This document shows positions 50,668-59,615 of a DNA stretch of 64,000 bases, one piece after another. Both the position numbers and the translations under genes were made by a program. Source of the DNA: Gemmatimonadaceae bacterium (GTDB lineage: Bacteria; Gemmatimonadota; Gemmatimonadetes; Gemmatimonadales; Gemmatimonadaceae); NCBI GenBank assembly GCA_046593165.1, contig JBKJRW010000094.1:24217-88216 (forward strand), read 5' to 3'. The notes below the pieces were generated by a model. That model did no database searches. It saw nothing but the letters and a program-made list of their open reading frames with translations, and had not been told where the DNA came from. The stretch's first letter is position 1. Each line of letters opens with the position of its first letter.

Positions 50668-51129
50668 ATGGCGAACAAGAGGGAACGACAGTCCGCGATT
50701 CTCGAGGTCATCGAGTCTCGTGCCGTAAGCAGTCAGGAGGATCTTCGGAAGCTTCTGCTGCATAGAGGCTGGGACGTAACGCAGGCGACTCTGTCGAGAG
50801 ACCTGAGAGAGCTTCGGTTGGCGCGGATTCCCACGCCGGAAGGTGCACGCTATGCCGTCACCGATGGATCAATTGAGGAGAGTCGTGCGGCGCTCGAGAC
50901 ACTTCTGCCACAGCTTTTCCTGCGTGTGGACGGCGTGAGCGAGATGATCGTGCTGCGCACCGTGCCCGGCGGGGCCCAGCCGATCGCGGCCGCTCTCGAT
51001 GGAGAGGGCTGGCCCGACATTCTCGGCACGATCGGAGGCGACGATACCATCCTTGTAGTCTGCCGCTCAGGGCTAGCCCGGGACCGTGTAGTGCGAAGGC
51101 TCAAGTCGCTCGCGGGAGAGCCGCACTAG
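50668..51129 (+). CDS. argR: Arginine repressor
   Basis: SQEDL, VTQATLSRDL, LRTVPGGA, GTIGGDDT; GGAGG SD. Confidence 0.96.
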   Translation: MANKRERQSAILEVIESRAVSSQEDLRKLLLHRGWDVTQATLSRDLRELRLARIPTPEGARYAVTDGSIEESRAALETLLPQLFLRVDGVSEMIVLRTVPGGAQPIAAALDGEGWPDILGTIGGDDTILVVCRSGLARDRVVRRLKSLAGEPH

Positions 51130-51148
51130 ACTTAAGCGCGCCCCGCGA

Positions 51149-51200
51149 TTGACGGAGCCGGATTGCAATGTTATGCATTCGGTGTGCATAAAATTCCGGT
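51149..51200 (+). promoter_or_regulatory. argC promoter with ARG box(es)
   Basis: TTGACG-17-TATGCA; core TGCAATGTTATGCA at 51164-51177 and a half-matching TGCATAAAATTC 21 bp later. Confidence 0.68.
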
Positions 51201-52155
51201 CGGTATCCTGGGCGCAAGCGGCTATGTCGGCCGCGAACTCTGCCAACTGGTCGAAGTTCATCCGCAGCTCGAGCTGCGGTTTGCGACGGCTCACGGCCAG
51301 CGCGGTCAGCACATGCGTGTCGGGAACCGCGAAATCACTTTCCTCGCGACCGAGGACGCACCGCTGCGTGATGCGGCACTTGTATTCAGCGCGCTTCCAC
51401 ACGGCACATCCCTCGACTGGGTAAGGCGAGCGCGATCCGGGGGGGCGAAGGTAGTCGACCTTTCGTCAGACCTCAGGCCTGGAAACGGCGGAAGTCTCGG
51501 CGACGGACCCGTGCCGTACGGCATGACCGAGCTGAGCAGAGCGAAGGTTGTGGGGGCCGATGTCGTTTCCAACCCTGGATGCTATCCAACATCGATCCTG
51601 ATTGCGCTTGCCCCTCTGGTATCAGCGGGACTGCTGGCGGCAGGGTCAACGATTGCTGCTTCCGCCGCAAGCGGTGTTACGGGGGCGGGCTTCACACCGC
51701 GGCCCGAGCTTCTGTTCGCGGAGATAAACGAGGACTTCAGGGCGTACGGCGTGGGGAACAATCACCGCCATGTGGCCGAGATGAGGGCGCTTCTCGATGA
51801 GCGGGGCTCGGAGTGCGACCTCGTGTTCACGCCGCATCTGCTCCCCGTTTCTCGTGGAATTCTCGCGACGATAGTCGTGCGGCTCGATCAGGCGTTGGAG
51901 AACCCGCTCGACCCGTGGTTGCGTGCCTATGCTGGCGAACCTTTCATCGAGATCACCGATGTCACTCCGTCTATTCGCGATGTAATACGCAGAAACGTCG
52001 TGCGGATTTCTGCGACGATGGCCGCGAACACTTCGTCGCCGACGCTCATCATTACCTCGGCGATCGACAATCTCACCAAGGGTGCTGCGGGGCAGGCTGT
52101 TCAGAACGCCAATCTGATGCTCGGCCTCGACGAAACCACTGGGCTGCCGTCGTGA
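51184..52155 (+). CDS. argC: N-acetyl-gamma-glutamyl-phosphate reductase
   Basis: GASGYVG, SNPGCYPT, SGVTGAG, HRHVAE, DNLTKGAAGQAVQN. Confidence 0.97.
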   Translation: MHKIPVGILGASGYVGRELCQLVEVHPQLELRFATAHGQRGQHMRVGNREITFLATEDAPLRDAALVFSALPHGTSLDWVRRARSGGAKVVDLSSDLRPGNGGSLGDGPVPYGMTELSRAKVVGADVVSNPGCYPTSILIALAPLVSAGLLAAGSTIAASAASGVTGAGFTPRPELLFAEINEDFRAYGVGNNHRHVAEMRALLDERGSECDLVFTPHLLPVSRGILATIVVRLDQALENPLDPWLRAYAGEPFIEITDVTPSIRDVIRRNVVRISATMAANTSSPTLIITSAIDNLTKGAAGQAVQNANLMLGLDETTGLPS

Positions 52156-52916
52156 CCACTGTGATCAAGCTTGGTGGTCGGATCCAGGCGGACCCTGCGC
52201 TGATTGCTGCGCTTGTTGCAAGGTGGAGCGATGACCCAGGCTCTGTCTGCGTCGTGCACGGAGGCGGAGATGAGATATCGACGCTGCAGCGGAGACTGAG
52301 TATCGAGCCGAAGTTCGTCAACGGGCGTCGCATCACTACAGAAGAGGATCTGCAGCTTGTGCGAATGGTATTGTCGGGCAGCGCGAACAAGCGACTCGTG
52401 GCCGCGTTCTGTGCGGCAGGTGTATCGGCTGTGGGCATATCGGGCGAAGACGGTGGACTTCTCTTCGCGGAGCCGATCGATGCAGAGTTGTTCGGAAGGG
52501 CCGGGAAGCCGACAGAAGTGAACCCGAGAGTGATAGAGACACTTCTCCGGGGAGGGTTTCTTCCAGTGGTCTCGCCAGTCGGAATAGACAAAAGCTCCAG
52601 TCGGGGTGATGCGCTGAACGTGAACGGGGACGATGCTGCCGCCGCGATCGCCGCCGCGCTTGGCGCGGATCTGTTGCTCGTGGCGGATGTGGCCGGGGTG
52701 ATGGATGCCAGCCGGACGCTCATTCGATCAATCGACGATCGGCAGGTTGAGGGGCTCGTCGCAGCTGGCACTGTCAACAAGGGAATGCGTGCAAAGCTCG
52801 AGGCTGGATTCTCGGCGCTTGCGGCAGGGGCCGGCAGTGCAAGAATAGCCGGCCTCGAAGCAATTGCCGATCAGCACGCAGGAACTTCATTGACTCTAAT
52901 TCCGGGCAAGACATGA
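52152..52916 (+). CDS. argB: Acetylglutamate kinase
   Basis: VIKLGG, VHGGG, GRRIT, NVNGD, GMRAK; GTGA-coupled to argC. Confidence 0.95.
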   Translation: MTTVIKLGGRIQADPALIAALVARWSDDPGSVCVVHGGGDEISTLQRRLSIEPKFVNGRRITTEEDLQLVRMVLSGSANKRLVAAFCAAGVSAVGISGEDGGLLFAEPIDAELFGRAGKPTEVNPRVIETLLRGGFLPVVSPVGIDKSSSRGDALNVNGDDAAAAIAAALGADLLLVADVAGVMDASRTLIRSIDDRQVEGLVAAGTVNKGMRAKLEAGFSALAAGAGSARIAGLEAIADQHAGTSLTLIPGKT

Positions 52917-54124
52917 TGGACACGCTTGCAGAAAGCGCCAGTTCGAAAGTCGCAGGTGATACTACGACTTCTGACATTGTCGGCACGTACAAACGCGCTC
53001 CGATGCGCTTCGTCAGCGGCTCTGGAGTAGAGTTGTTCGACGACACGGGAAAAGCGTACCTCGACCTTTCGAGCGGAATAGCGGTCAACGCGCTTGGCTA
53101 CGGCGATGCTGGACTTCGCCGGGTGATGAATGACGTCCTCGAGTCGGGCCTCATACACGTTTCGAATCTCTATCGCACCGAGGCAGGTGAGCGTCTCGCG
53201 CATTTTCTCGTGGAAAACTCGTTTGCCTCAAGCGTGTTTTTCTGCAACTCGGGTGCGGAGGCGAACGAAGGTGCGTTCAAGTTTGCTCGCAGATGGGGGC
53301 GGGCTACAGGGTCGGACGGAAAGACCGGAATTGTGGCACTCAGGGGAGGATTTCACGGTCGATTGTTCGCATCGCTTGCGGCAACGGATCGACCGTCGTA
53401 TCGCGCTCCGTTTCGCCCGCTGGCCGGTGGCGTGAGCATTTGCGAGCGCGATGCGACAGAGCTCGACGCCGCGCTCGATGGAGAGTCGGTGGCTGCTGTC
53501 ATAGTCGAGCCGGTGCAGGGGGAAGGCGGCGTGCGTGTCGTGGAGCCGGACCTCCTGCGGTATCTCAGAAGAATCACGTCGGAGCGCGGCATCGCTCTCA
53601 TTTTCGACGAGATTCAGTGCGGACTCGGCAGGCTCGGCACCTTCATGGCGTACGAGAGGTTTGGTGTGGTGCCCGACATGGTGACAATCGCAAAGCCCCT
53701 TGGCGGTGGGTTGCCGATGGGTGCTGTGCTGGTGACGGGAGAAATTGCCGCGACGATAAAGCCAGGAGACCACGGTACCACGTTCGGTGGGGGACCGATG
53801 GTGGCCTCTGTCGCTGACTATGTGGTACGGCGACTCTCTGAGCCGGGATTGCTCGCCTCGGTGCGCGAAAACGGCGAATGGTTCGGGGAACGACTATCGG
53901 GAATGGCTCGTCGAAGCGGCCGGGTGCGCGCGGTGAGAGGGATGGGCTACATGTGGGGATTGGATGTCGTCGATCCCGCATCCGACATTGTGCAGCGCGG
54001 GTGGGATGCTGGTCTGCTGGTGATCACGGCAGGCGAGCATACGCTCCGTTTCCTTCCTCCTCTGGTGATGGAGCGAAAAGATCTGGAGCGGGGGCTCGAT
54101 ATTCTGGAGAGCGTCATAGGATAA
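52913..54124 (+). CDS. argD: Acetylornithine aminotransferase
   Basis: HVSNLY, NSGAEANE, FHGR, EPVQGEGG, DEIQCG, AKPLGGG, HGTTFGG. Confidence 0.95.
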   Translation: MMDTLAESASSKVAGDTTTSDIVGTYKRAPMRFVSGSGVELFDDTGKAYLDLSSGIAVNALGYGDAGLRRVMNDVLESGLIHVSNLYRTEAGERLAHFLVENSFASSVFFCNSGAEANEGAFKFARRWGRATGSDGKTGIVALRGGFHGRLFASLAATDRPSYRAPFRPLAGGVSICERDATELDAALDGESVAAVIVEPVQGEGGVRVVEPDLLRYLRRITSERGIALIFDEIQCGLGRLGTFMAYERFGVVPDMVTIAKPLGGGLPMGAVLVTGEIAATIKPGDHGTTFGGGPMVASVADYVVRRLSEPGLLASVRENGEWFGERLSGMARRSGRVRAVRGMGYMWGLDVVDPASDIVQRGWDAGLLVITAGEHTLRFLPPLVMERKDLERGLDILESVIG

Positions 54125-54203
54125 AGGGAATGCCATCGCGCGCTGTGCACGATGCCGCTAACATTGGCGCCATGGAGGCGCCGGTGCGACGCATGGCCGA
54201 CAG

Positions 54204-54818
54204 GTGAAGCGAGAAAAGCCGAAGCTCACCTCTGTTTGGCACGCGCTCGACGAAGCCACATTCGGTGCAGAGCGCACGCTCAACTTGCGCGAGTCTCTTC
54301 CGTCAGCAGCCGAAGCCCGCGCGCGCACCGACATCTGGCTGAGATCCCGCCAGATGTCGAGCGCGAAAGAGGTTCTCGTGATAACAGGGCGCGGCAATCA
54401 GAGTGTCGGTGGGGTGGGCGTCATAAGACAGGAAATACTGAAGATGCTTCCGTCGCTTCGGCGGGCGGGCGTAGTGGAAAGCTGGAAAGAGCACTCACCG
54501 GGGTCGGTCGTAGTTCAAGTTGCGCCGATGAGTTCGCTTCTCGACGCACCACGCCGCAGGCGAGCGAACGCGCCGCGAGAGCCGACCCCGGTTGATTCAG
54601 CCGGACTCGAAGGTCTGCAACCAGAAACTATCCAGCTTCTGCGACAGCTTGCTGCGCAGAACCTGGAAGCACTCGGGGTCGCCCACTCGTCTCTCTTCGC
54701 AGAGCGGGAAATAATGCGCACGTTCTCTGCGCTGATGAGCGCGATTCCGGAATCGGGAGACAGAGAGAAGGGACTGCGCGACGCGATCATCAAGGGAATA
54801 GACGAGGCAACCGGATAG
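54204..54818 (+). CDS. Stand-alone Smr-domain protein with helical C-terminal extension
   Basis: LNLR...VLVITGRGN...G.IR...PGSVVV matches the Smr pattern. Confidence 0.75.
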   Translation: MKREKPKLTSVWHALDEATFGAERTLNLRESLPSAAEARARTDIWLRSRQMSSAKEVLVITGRGNQSVGGVGVIRQEILKMLPSLRRAGVVESWKEHSPGSVVVQVAPMSSLLDAPRRRRANAPREPTPVDSAGLEGLQPETIQLLRQLAAQNLEALGVAHSSLFAEREIMRTFSALMSAIPESGDREKGLRDAIIKGIDEATG

Positions 54819-54834
54819 TGGGCGCGAGAGGGGA

Positions 54835-55635
54835 ATGGTTTCAGGGCAAGCAATGGATGTAGAGACGATACCGGGTGCGGACAGCATCTACCTGCAGGAG
54901 GGGAATTCCCGGGGAGTTCTCCTCCTGCATGGCTTTGGAGACACGCCCCAGACACTGCAGCTGCTGGCACGGGAGCTACATGCGTCGGGCTACGACGTTG
55001 CGGCTCCACTCCTGCCGGGTCACGGGATCAACGTTGAGTCATTCATGCGGTCCCGCAGGGAGGATTGGCTCGCGTGCGCGCGCGTAGAGTTCGAGCGCAT
55101 GCGTGCAACTCACGAAAGCGTCTCGCTGGCGGGCTTGTCGATGGGGGGTGCCCTCGCCGCGATACTCGCGGCCGAGACGCGAGATGTTCCGGCGCTCGTT
55201 CTCATGGCTCCGTATCTCGACATGCCGCGGAGGGTAAAGGTCGCAGCGGCATCGCACTGGATATGGAGCTCCCTTGCAGGAGCACTCACAGGTAGCAATC
55301 CCGGCTCCATCCTGGATCCTGCTGAGCGGGAGAAAAACCTCGGATATGGCGCGTATTCCGGACGGTTATTGTACGAGCTGTGGAGACTTGCAGCGCAAGC
55401 GCGTCGCTCGCTCCGGGGCATTACGGCCCCGACGCTGCTCATTCAGTCGCGCACCGATCCACGCATCGCGCCGGTGGTGGCCGAGGATGCGTTCGCCGCG
55501 ATTGGAGCGGCGGAAAAAGAACTGGTGTGGGTCGAAGGAGCGGGCCACATAATCACCGTGGACTACGGCCGCGCCAAAGTTTTCGAACAGGTAAAACGCT
55601 GGATCGCGGCTCACCCGCAGCCGATGACGGCCTGA
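54835..55635 (+). CDS. Alpha/beta carboxylesterase
   Basis: LLHGF, GLSMGG, D and GHII triad. Confidence 0.92.
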   Translation: MVSGQAMDVETIPGADSIYLQEGNSRGVLLLHGFGDTPQTLQLLARELHASGYDVAAPLLPGHGINVESFMRSRREDWLACARVEFERMRATHESVSLAGLSMGGALAAILAAETRDVPALVLMAPYLDMPRRVKVAAASHWIWSSLAGALTGSNPGSILDPAEREKNLGYGAYSGRLLYELWRLAAQARRSLRGITAPTLLIQSRTDPRIAPVVAEDAFAAIGAAEKELVWVEGAGHIITVDYGRAKVFEQVKRWIAAHPQPMTA

Positions 55636-55661
55636 CGAATCAGGCCGTCATCGTATCGATA

Positions 55662-56156
55662 TCAGGTGTGATCCTGAACGAATTCCTTGGTGGCGTCGAC
55701 AGCCTGCTCGGCGCCAGCGACGGCCTGCGCCACAACGCCAGTCGCTACGCGACTCACGCGCTTGGCAATCGACTTGGCGCGTTTCGTCACGCCGCTCGCG
55801 GCCTTGCCAGCGGCTTTGCTGACTGCCTTGCGGCTGGGGAGCGAAACCCTGCGGGCGCTGGACGCGCGCTTGCTTGCGCCGCGCTTCGCGCCCGACTTTT
55901 TCTTCGCCGGAGCGGAACGCTTCGAGGACGCCCGCTTGGTGGTGCCGCGCTTTGCGGAGGCGCGTTTTGGAGCGCTCTTGCGAGCAGAGGATTTTTTCGC
56001 GCTCGACTTGCGTGCGCTCTTCTTGCGTGCGCTCTTCTTGCGTGCACCGCCTTTGCGTGCGGGCGACTTACGAGCGGATGATTTGCGGGCCGCGGATTTT
56101 TTTCCGCCGGATTTCTTCTTTGAACCACCGCGTGACGACTTCCTGGCTGCAGCCAT
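55662..56156 (-). CDS. Lys/Arg/Ser/Ala-rich histone-H1-like protein
   Basis: GGAG SD; 53 K/R and no acidic residue in the first 140 aa; 12 pentapeptide repeats. Confidence 0.78.
   Translation of the reverse strand: MAAARKSSRGGSKKKSGGKKSAARKSSARKSPARKGGARKKSARKKSARKSSAKKSSARKSAPKRASAKRGTTKRASSKRSAPAKKKSGAKRGASKRASSARRVSLPSRKAVSKAAGKAASGVTKRAKSIAKRVSRVATGVVAQAVAGAEQAVDATKEFVQDHT
56007..56045. repeat. 15-bp tandem repeat, 2.6 copies
   Basis: CTTGCGTGCGCTCTT x2 plus CTTGCGTGC, encoding KSARK units. Confidence 0.9.
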
Positions 56157-56292
56157 GGTACGAGCTCCGATATAGGGGTTCCAGTGCACACTATAGCAAC
56201 TTCACAAGCAACTTCCGCGCACAAACTATAACAGATGTGATGCGCGGTGAATAATGCGACTTTATTGCGCGCCGCGCGAACCCCGCGAATGT

Positions 56293-57294
56293 TCAGCGTC
56301 GAGCCAGCGTCCGCGTATCGCCATGCGCCAGGATCCAAAGCCGATCTGGAGGGAGCCCCGCGTGTGACCAGCTCTGCCTTGCCAGATGCGGAGGTTCCAT
56401 GACCGGCTCGTCGGTGAGGCGGAAGGTACCCCAGTGAGAACCGACCATCACGCAAGCCCTCGCGTTGCCTGCGGTGAGGTGCTGAAACGCGGTCACGCTG
56501 TCTTCAGGCGACATGTGCACAGGGCGCATGAACCAGCGGGGCTCGTAGGCGCCGATGGGGAGAATCGCCATGTCGAAGGGCCCGAAGCGGGTGGAGATTT
56601 CGCCAAACTGGGGGTGGAGCCCCGTATCTCCGGCGAAAAACAGCCGCATGTCGTTTTCGAACGTCACAGTCCAACCGCACCAGAGGGTCGCGTTCCTGTT
56701 CCACGGATAGCGTCCTGAGAAATGCTGTGCGGGCGTGCAGCCGATTGTCGCGCCCAGTGCCTCGTGCCGCTCCCACCAGTCGAGCTCACTCACGTCACGC
56801 GCTCCCCGGCTTCGCAGAAATGCCCCGACGCGCAGTGGGGCGAGCCATTTCATCGAGGGAAATTGGTCAATCAGGCGCCGGACTGTACTGTCATCGAGAT
56901 GGTCGTAGTGGTCGTGCGAAACGAGGGTGATGTCGATTGGGGGAAGCTGCTCGAACGGTATTGCGGGAGGAACGAGACGGTGTGGGCCGATGAAAGAAAC
57001 CGGCGAGGCGCGAGCGGCCCACACCGGATCGGTCAGAATGTTGAGGCCATCGCATTGCAGGAGAAATGAACTATGTCCGATCCATGTAATTGCCAGATTG
57101 TCGGACCTGTCGAGAGGTGTCTTCGAGGAAAGGACGCTGCCTGGGAGAGTGGAGTGCTCCGGCGGAGATGGTGTGGCTGCACTGCCAGAGCGGGTCATCA
57201 TCCATTTCAGTAGACCGCCGATCCCATGGGGAGTAGAGCCCGGCCACGGATTCTGGAATCCGGTGGCATGGTGATGAGACTGTACCGACTTCAT
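56293..57294 (-). CDS. MBL-fold metallo-hydrolase (NAPE-PLD/RomA-like)
   Basis: TWIGHSS, TDPVW, SHDHYDHLD, PAQHFSGR, GDTG, HWGTF. Confidence 0.92.
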   Translation of the reverse strand: MKSVQSHHHATGFQNPWPGSTPHGIGGLLKWMMTRSGSAATPSPPEHSTLPGSVLSSKTPLDRSDNLAITWIGHSSFLLQCDGLNILTDPVWAARASPVSFIGPHRLVPPAIPFEQLPPIDITLVSHDHYDHLDDSTVRRLIDQFPSMKWLAPLRVGAFLRSRGARDVSELDWWERHEALGATIGCTPAQHFSGRYPWNRNATLWCGWTVTFENDMRLFFAGDTGLHPQFGEISTRFGPFDMAILPIGAYEPRWFMRPVHMSPEDSVTAFQHLTAGNARACVMVGSHWGTFRLTDEPVMEPPHLARQSWSHAGLPPDRLWILAHGDTRTLARR

Positions 57295-57298
57295 GTCG

Positions 57299-58408
57299 TC
57301 AGCTGGCAGGAGCGCAGGCTGCAAGGTTTTCCGCGAGGTGAGCGACCGACCTCATTCCGACAAGGGCGGATGCGACGGGAAGAGAGCGCACAAAAGCGAT
57401 TGCGCGCTGGGCGTCGGTGTCGAGCGACGGGTAAAGCGATTTTACCTGTGCAGGCAGGTTCCGGGTGAGCTGAGCCTGCATGAGAGTTGCGCTTGCGATG
57501 ACGGAAATACCGAGGTTTCCGGCCAGCGTCAGCACGTCGACATACTTTCCGTCGACCTGCTGCGCAGGAGCTCGCACGGCTTCTGTCATGGCGAGATTCA
57601 CGGGGAGTTGAATGGAGCGGAAGTGATGATCCTTTCCACCGGCCTGAGTTGCCAGCGACGCGAGTTCCGTGAGGGACAGGTAGTTCCGGTTGGCTGCAAA
57701 AACGCGAAACCCGTTCCACGATGCGCATCCGTACGACGCGATATGGCCGTCGGCGACCTGCGCCTCGAGCTCGGCGAATGCGTCGAGCATGCGGGCGAGG
57801 AACGCGGGGCGATCGAGTACATCGAGCTGCTGCTCGGGGTTATGGATGTAGAAAACGTCGATGCATTCCACTCCGATGTTCGATCGGCTGCGCTCGATCT
57901 GGTCGGCGAGGAAACGAGGGGCGACGCAATGGCCTCCGGCCACAAGATCGCTGCGCTCCATTATTCCGCGGGAGAAATATTCCGATTCAAGGAGGGCGTC
58001 GTATTCGTCCCGCGAAGCCGGAGGTGCGTTGTCGAGGGGGACGTAACCCCCCTTGGTGCATACGACTATCTCATCGCGTTTTGCGTTTCCGGTGGCAAGC
58101 ACCGCACTGAGCGCGCGCCCAACTGCTCGCTCCGAGCGCTGGCACCGGTAGTTGATCGCCGTGTCGAGAAAGTTGACGCCTCTCTCCATTCCAGCCTCGA
58201 GCACCGCGCAATAGCGAGAGTCCTCGTGGTCGTCGCATTCTCCGAGATAGGTTCCCATTCCAAGAGACGAAGCGGTGAGGCCGGTCGAAGTGTCGCGGTA
58301 GAAATCAAGCGAGAAGGAAGCCGGGAACCGCTCGGCGAATCGCGTGGTGCCATGGTTCGTTGCGCGGCCGGGGATCGCACCAACTGATGGCTCCGCTCGC
58401 TGGGTCAC
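57299..58408 (-). CDS. Aldo/keto reductase
   Basis: LGMGT, DTAINY, TKGG, HNPE; GTG start uncertain. Confidence 0.88.
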   Translation of the reverse strand: MTQRAEPSVGAIPGRATNHGTTRFAERFPASFSLDFYRDTSTGLTASSLGMGTYLGECDDHEDSRYCAVLEAGMERGVNFLDTAINYRCQRSERAVGRALSAVLATGNAKRDEIVVCTKGGYVPLDNAPPASRDEYDALLESEYFSRGIMERSDLVAGGHCVAPRFLADQIERSRSNIGVECIDVFYIHNPEQQLDVLDRPAFLARMLDAFAELEAQVADGHIASYGCASWNGFRVFAANRNYLSLTELASLATQAGGKDHHFRSIQLPVNLAMTEAVRAPAQQVDGKYVDVLTLAGNLGISVIASATLMQAQLTRNLPAQVKSLYPSLDTDAQRAIAFVRSLPVASALVGMRSVAHLAENLAACAPAS

Positions 58409-58579
58409 GCTCTTTGTTCCGTGTCGGTCATCTGCTCGGGACGCTAGGGTTGTCGAGACGATGCCGCAAGGGCGCGAGCGACGGTGTAGCCGCTGGCCGT
58501 TGAGTTGGCACGGTGATGCTCCGCAGATAGATTCCGCACTGGAATCATGGTGCACGTTCAAACAACGGGGTCGGGGTAA

Positions 58580-59329
58580 ATGCCGGATTTTGGAAGCTGG
58601 GCGACGGACTGGTGGAAGCCGGTTCTCTTCATAGTGATCGCCGGTCACTTCACCAACGTGTGCGTGACGCTGTTTCTCCACCGCGCCCAGACGCACCGCA
58701 GCGTGAAGTTGCATTACCTCGCCGCCCTTCCGATGCGGCTCTGGCTGTGGCTGTCAACGGCCATCGTCACCAAGGAGTGGGTGGCGTGTCACCGAAAGCA
58801 TCACGCGTTCGCGGACCGGGAAGGAGATCCGCACAGCCCGTTGATGGAGGGGCTGAGGAACATCGTTCTCAAGGGCGCGTTCTACTACCGGAAGACCGTG
58901 AGACAGCCCGGAGTTCTCGACAAGTATGGGAAAGGCACGCCGAACGACTGGCTCGAGCGGCACATCCTGGCTCGCCGCAACTCGCTTGGAATTCTCGTCA
59001 TGCTTTGTGTCGATATCTATCTCTTCGGATTTTTCGTCGGTCCTGTCGTCTGGGGTGTGCAGATGATCTGGATTCCTTTCTGGGCGGCCGGAATCATCAA
59101 CGGTGTCGGGCACGCTGTGGGATACCGCAATTTCGGCGTGAAGGACGAGAGCCGGAATATTCTTCCGCTCGCGATATGGCTTGGTGGCGAAGAGCTCCAC
59201 AATAACCATCATGCCGACCCCCGTTCCGCGAAGTTCAAGGCCAAGTGGTACGAGTTCGATATCGGCTGGGTCTATCTCCGTCTTCTGTCGTTCTTTGGAT
59301 TGGCGAAGATCGAGTACGCCAGGTCTTAG
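58580..59329 (+). CDS. Fatty acid (delta-9-type) desaturase
   Basis: His boxes HRAQTH, HRKHH, HNNHH; WYEFDIGW. Confidence 0.93.
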   Translation: MPDFGSWATDWWKPVLFIVIAGHFTNVCVTLFLHRAQTHRSVKLHYLAALPMRLWLWLSTAIVTKEWVACHRKHHAFADREGDPHSPLMEGLRNIVLKGAFYYRKTVRQPGVLDKYGKGTPNDWLERHILARRNSLGILVMLCVDIYLFGFFVGPVVWGVQMIWIPFWAAGIINGVGHAVGYRNFGVKDESRNILPLAIWLGGEELHNNHHADPRSAKFKAKWYEFDIGWVYLRLLSFFGLAKIEYARS

Positions 59330-59331
59330 CG

Positions 59332-59610
59332 ATGGCTGATGTGACTTGCTCGCGATGCAGTCAGACTCGGGAGGGATTCGAGCGACCGCCGTTCCCGGGG
59401 CAGATAGGCGCTCGTGTGGCGAGCGAGATCTGCCGCCAGTGCTGGGCTGATTGGGGGAAACAGCAGACGATGCTCATTAACCACTACGGGCTGGACGTGA
59501 TGGATCCGCAGGCCCGTTCGTTCCTGACGAGGAACATGTCCGCCTTCCTGTTCAAGACTGAAGCCGGGTCGGAGATCGACACGAGCAAACAGGGAACCAT
59601 TTCGCACTGA
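59332..59610 (+). CDS. YggX-like Fe(II)-trafficking/oxidative damage protection protein
   Basis: PPFPGQIG, W..W..QQTMLINHY.L, FLF motifs. Confidence 0.9.
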   Translation: MADVTCSRCSQTREGFERPPFPGQIGARVASEICRQCWADWGKQQTMLINHYGLDVMDPQARSFLTRNMSAFLFKTEAGSEIDTSKQGTISH

Positions 59611-59615
59611 AGGTC

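Noticed and set aside
55380-56455. Long alternative ORFs over the histone-like gene
   Set aside because: Low-complexity repeat DNA lacks stops in several frames; the K/R-rich minus frame has a clear SD and a coherent repeat register
58530-58546. GATTCC-N5-GGAATC palindrome upstream of the desaturase
   Set aside because: Only 6-bp arms and a single copy; compatible with chance, though a desaturase-regulator site cannot be excluded
57293-58714. 364-aa plus-strand ORF and the long 5' extension of the aldo/keto reductase
   Set aside because: Antisense shadow of a GC-rich gene; the extension overlaps the desaturase
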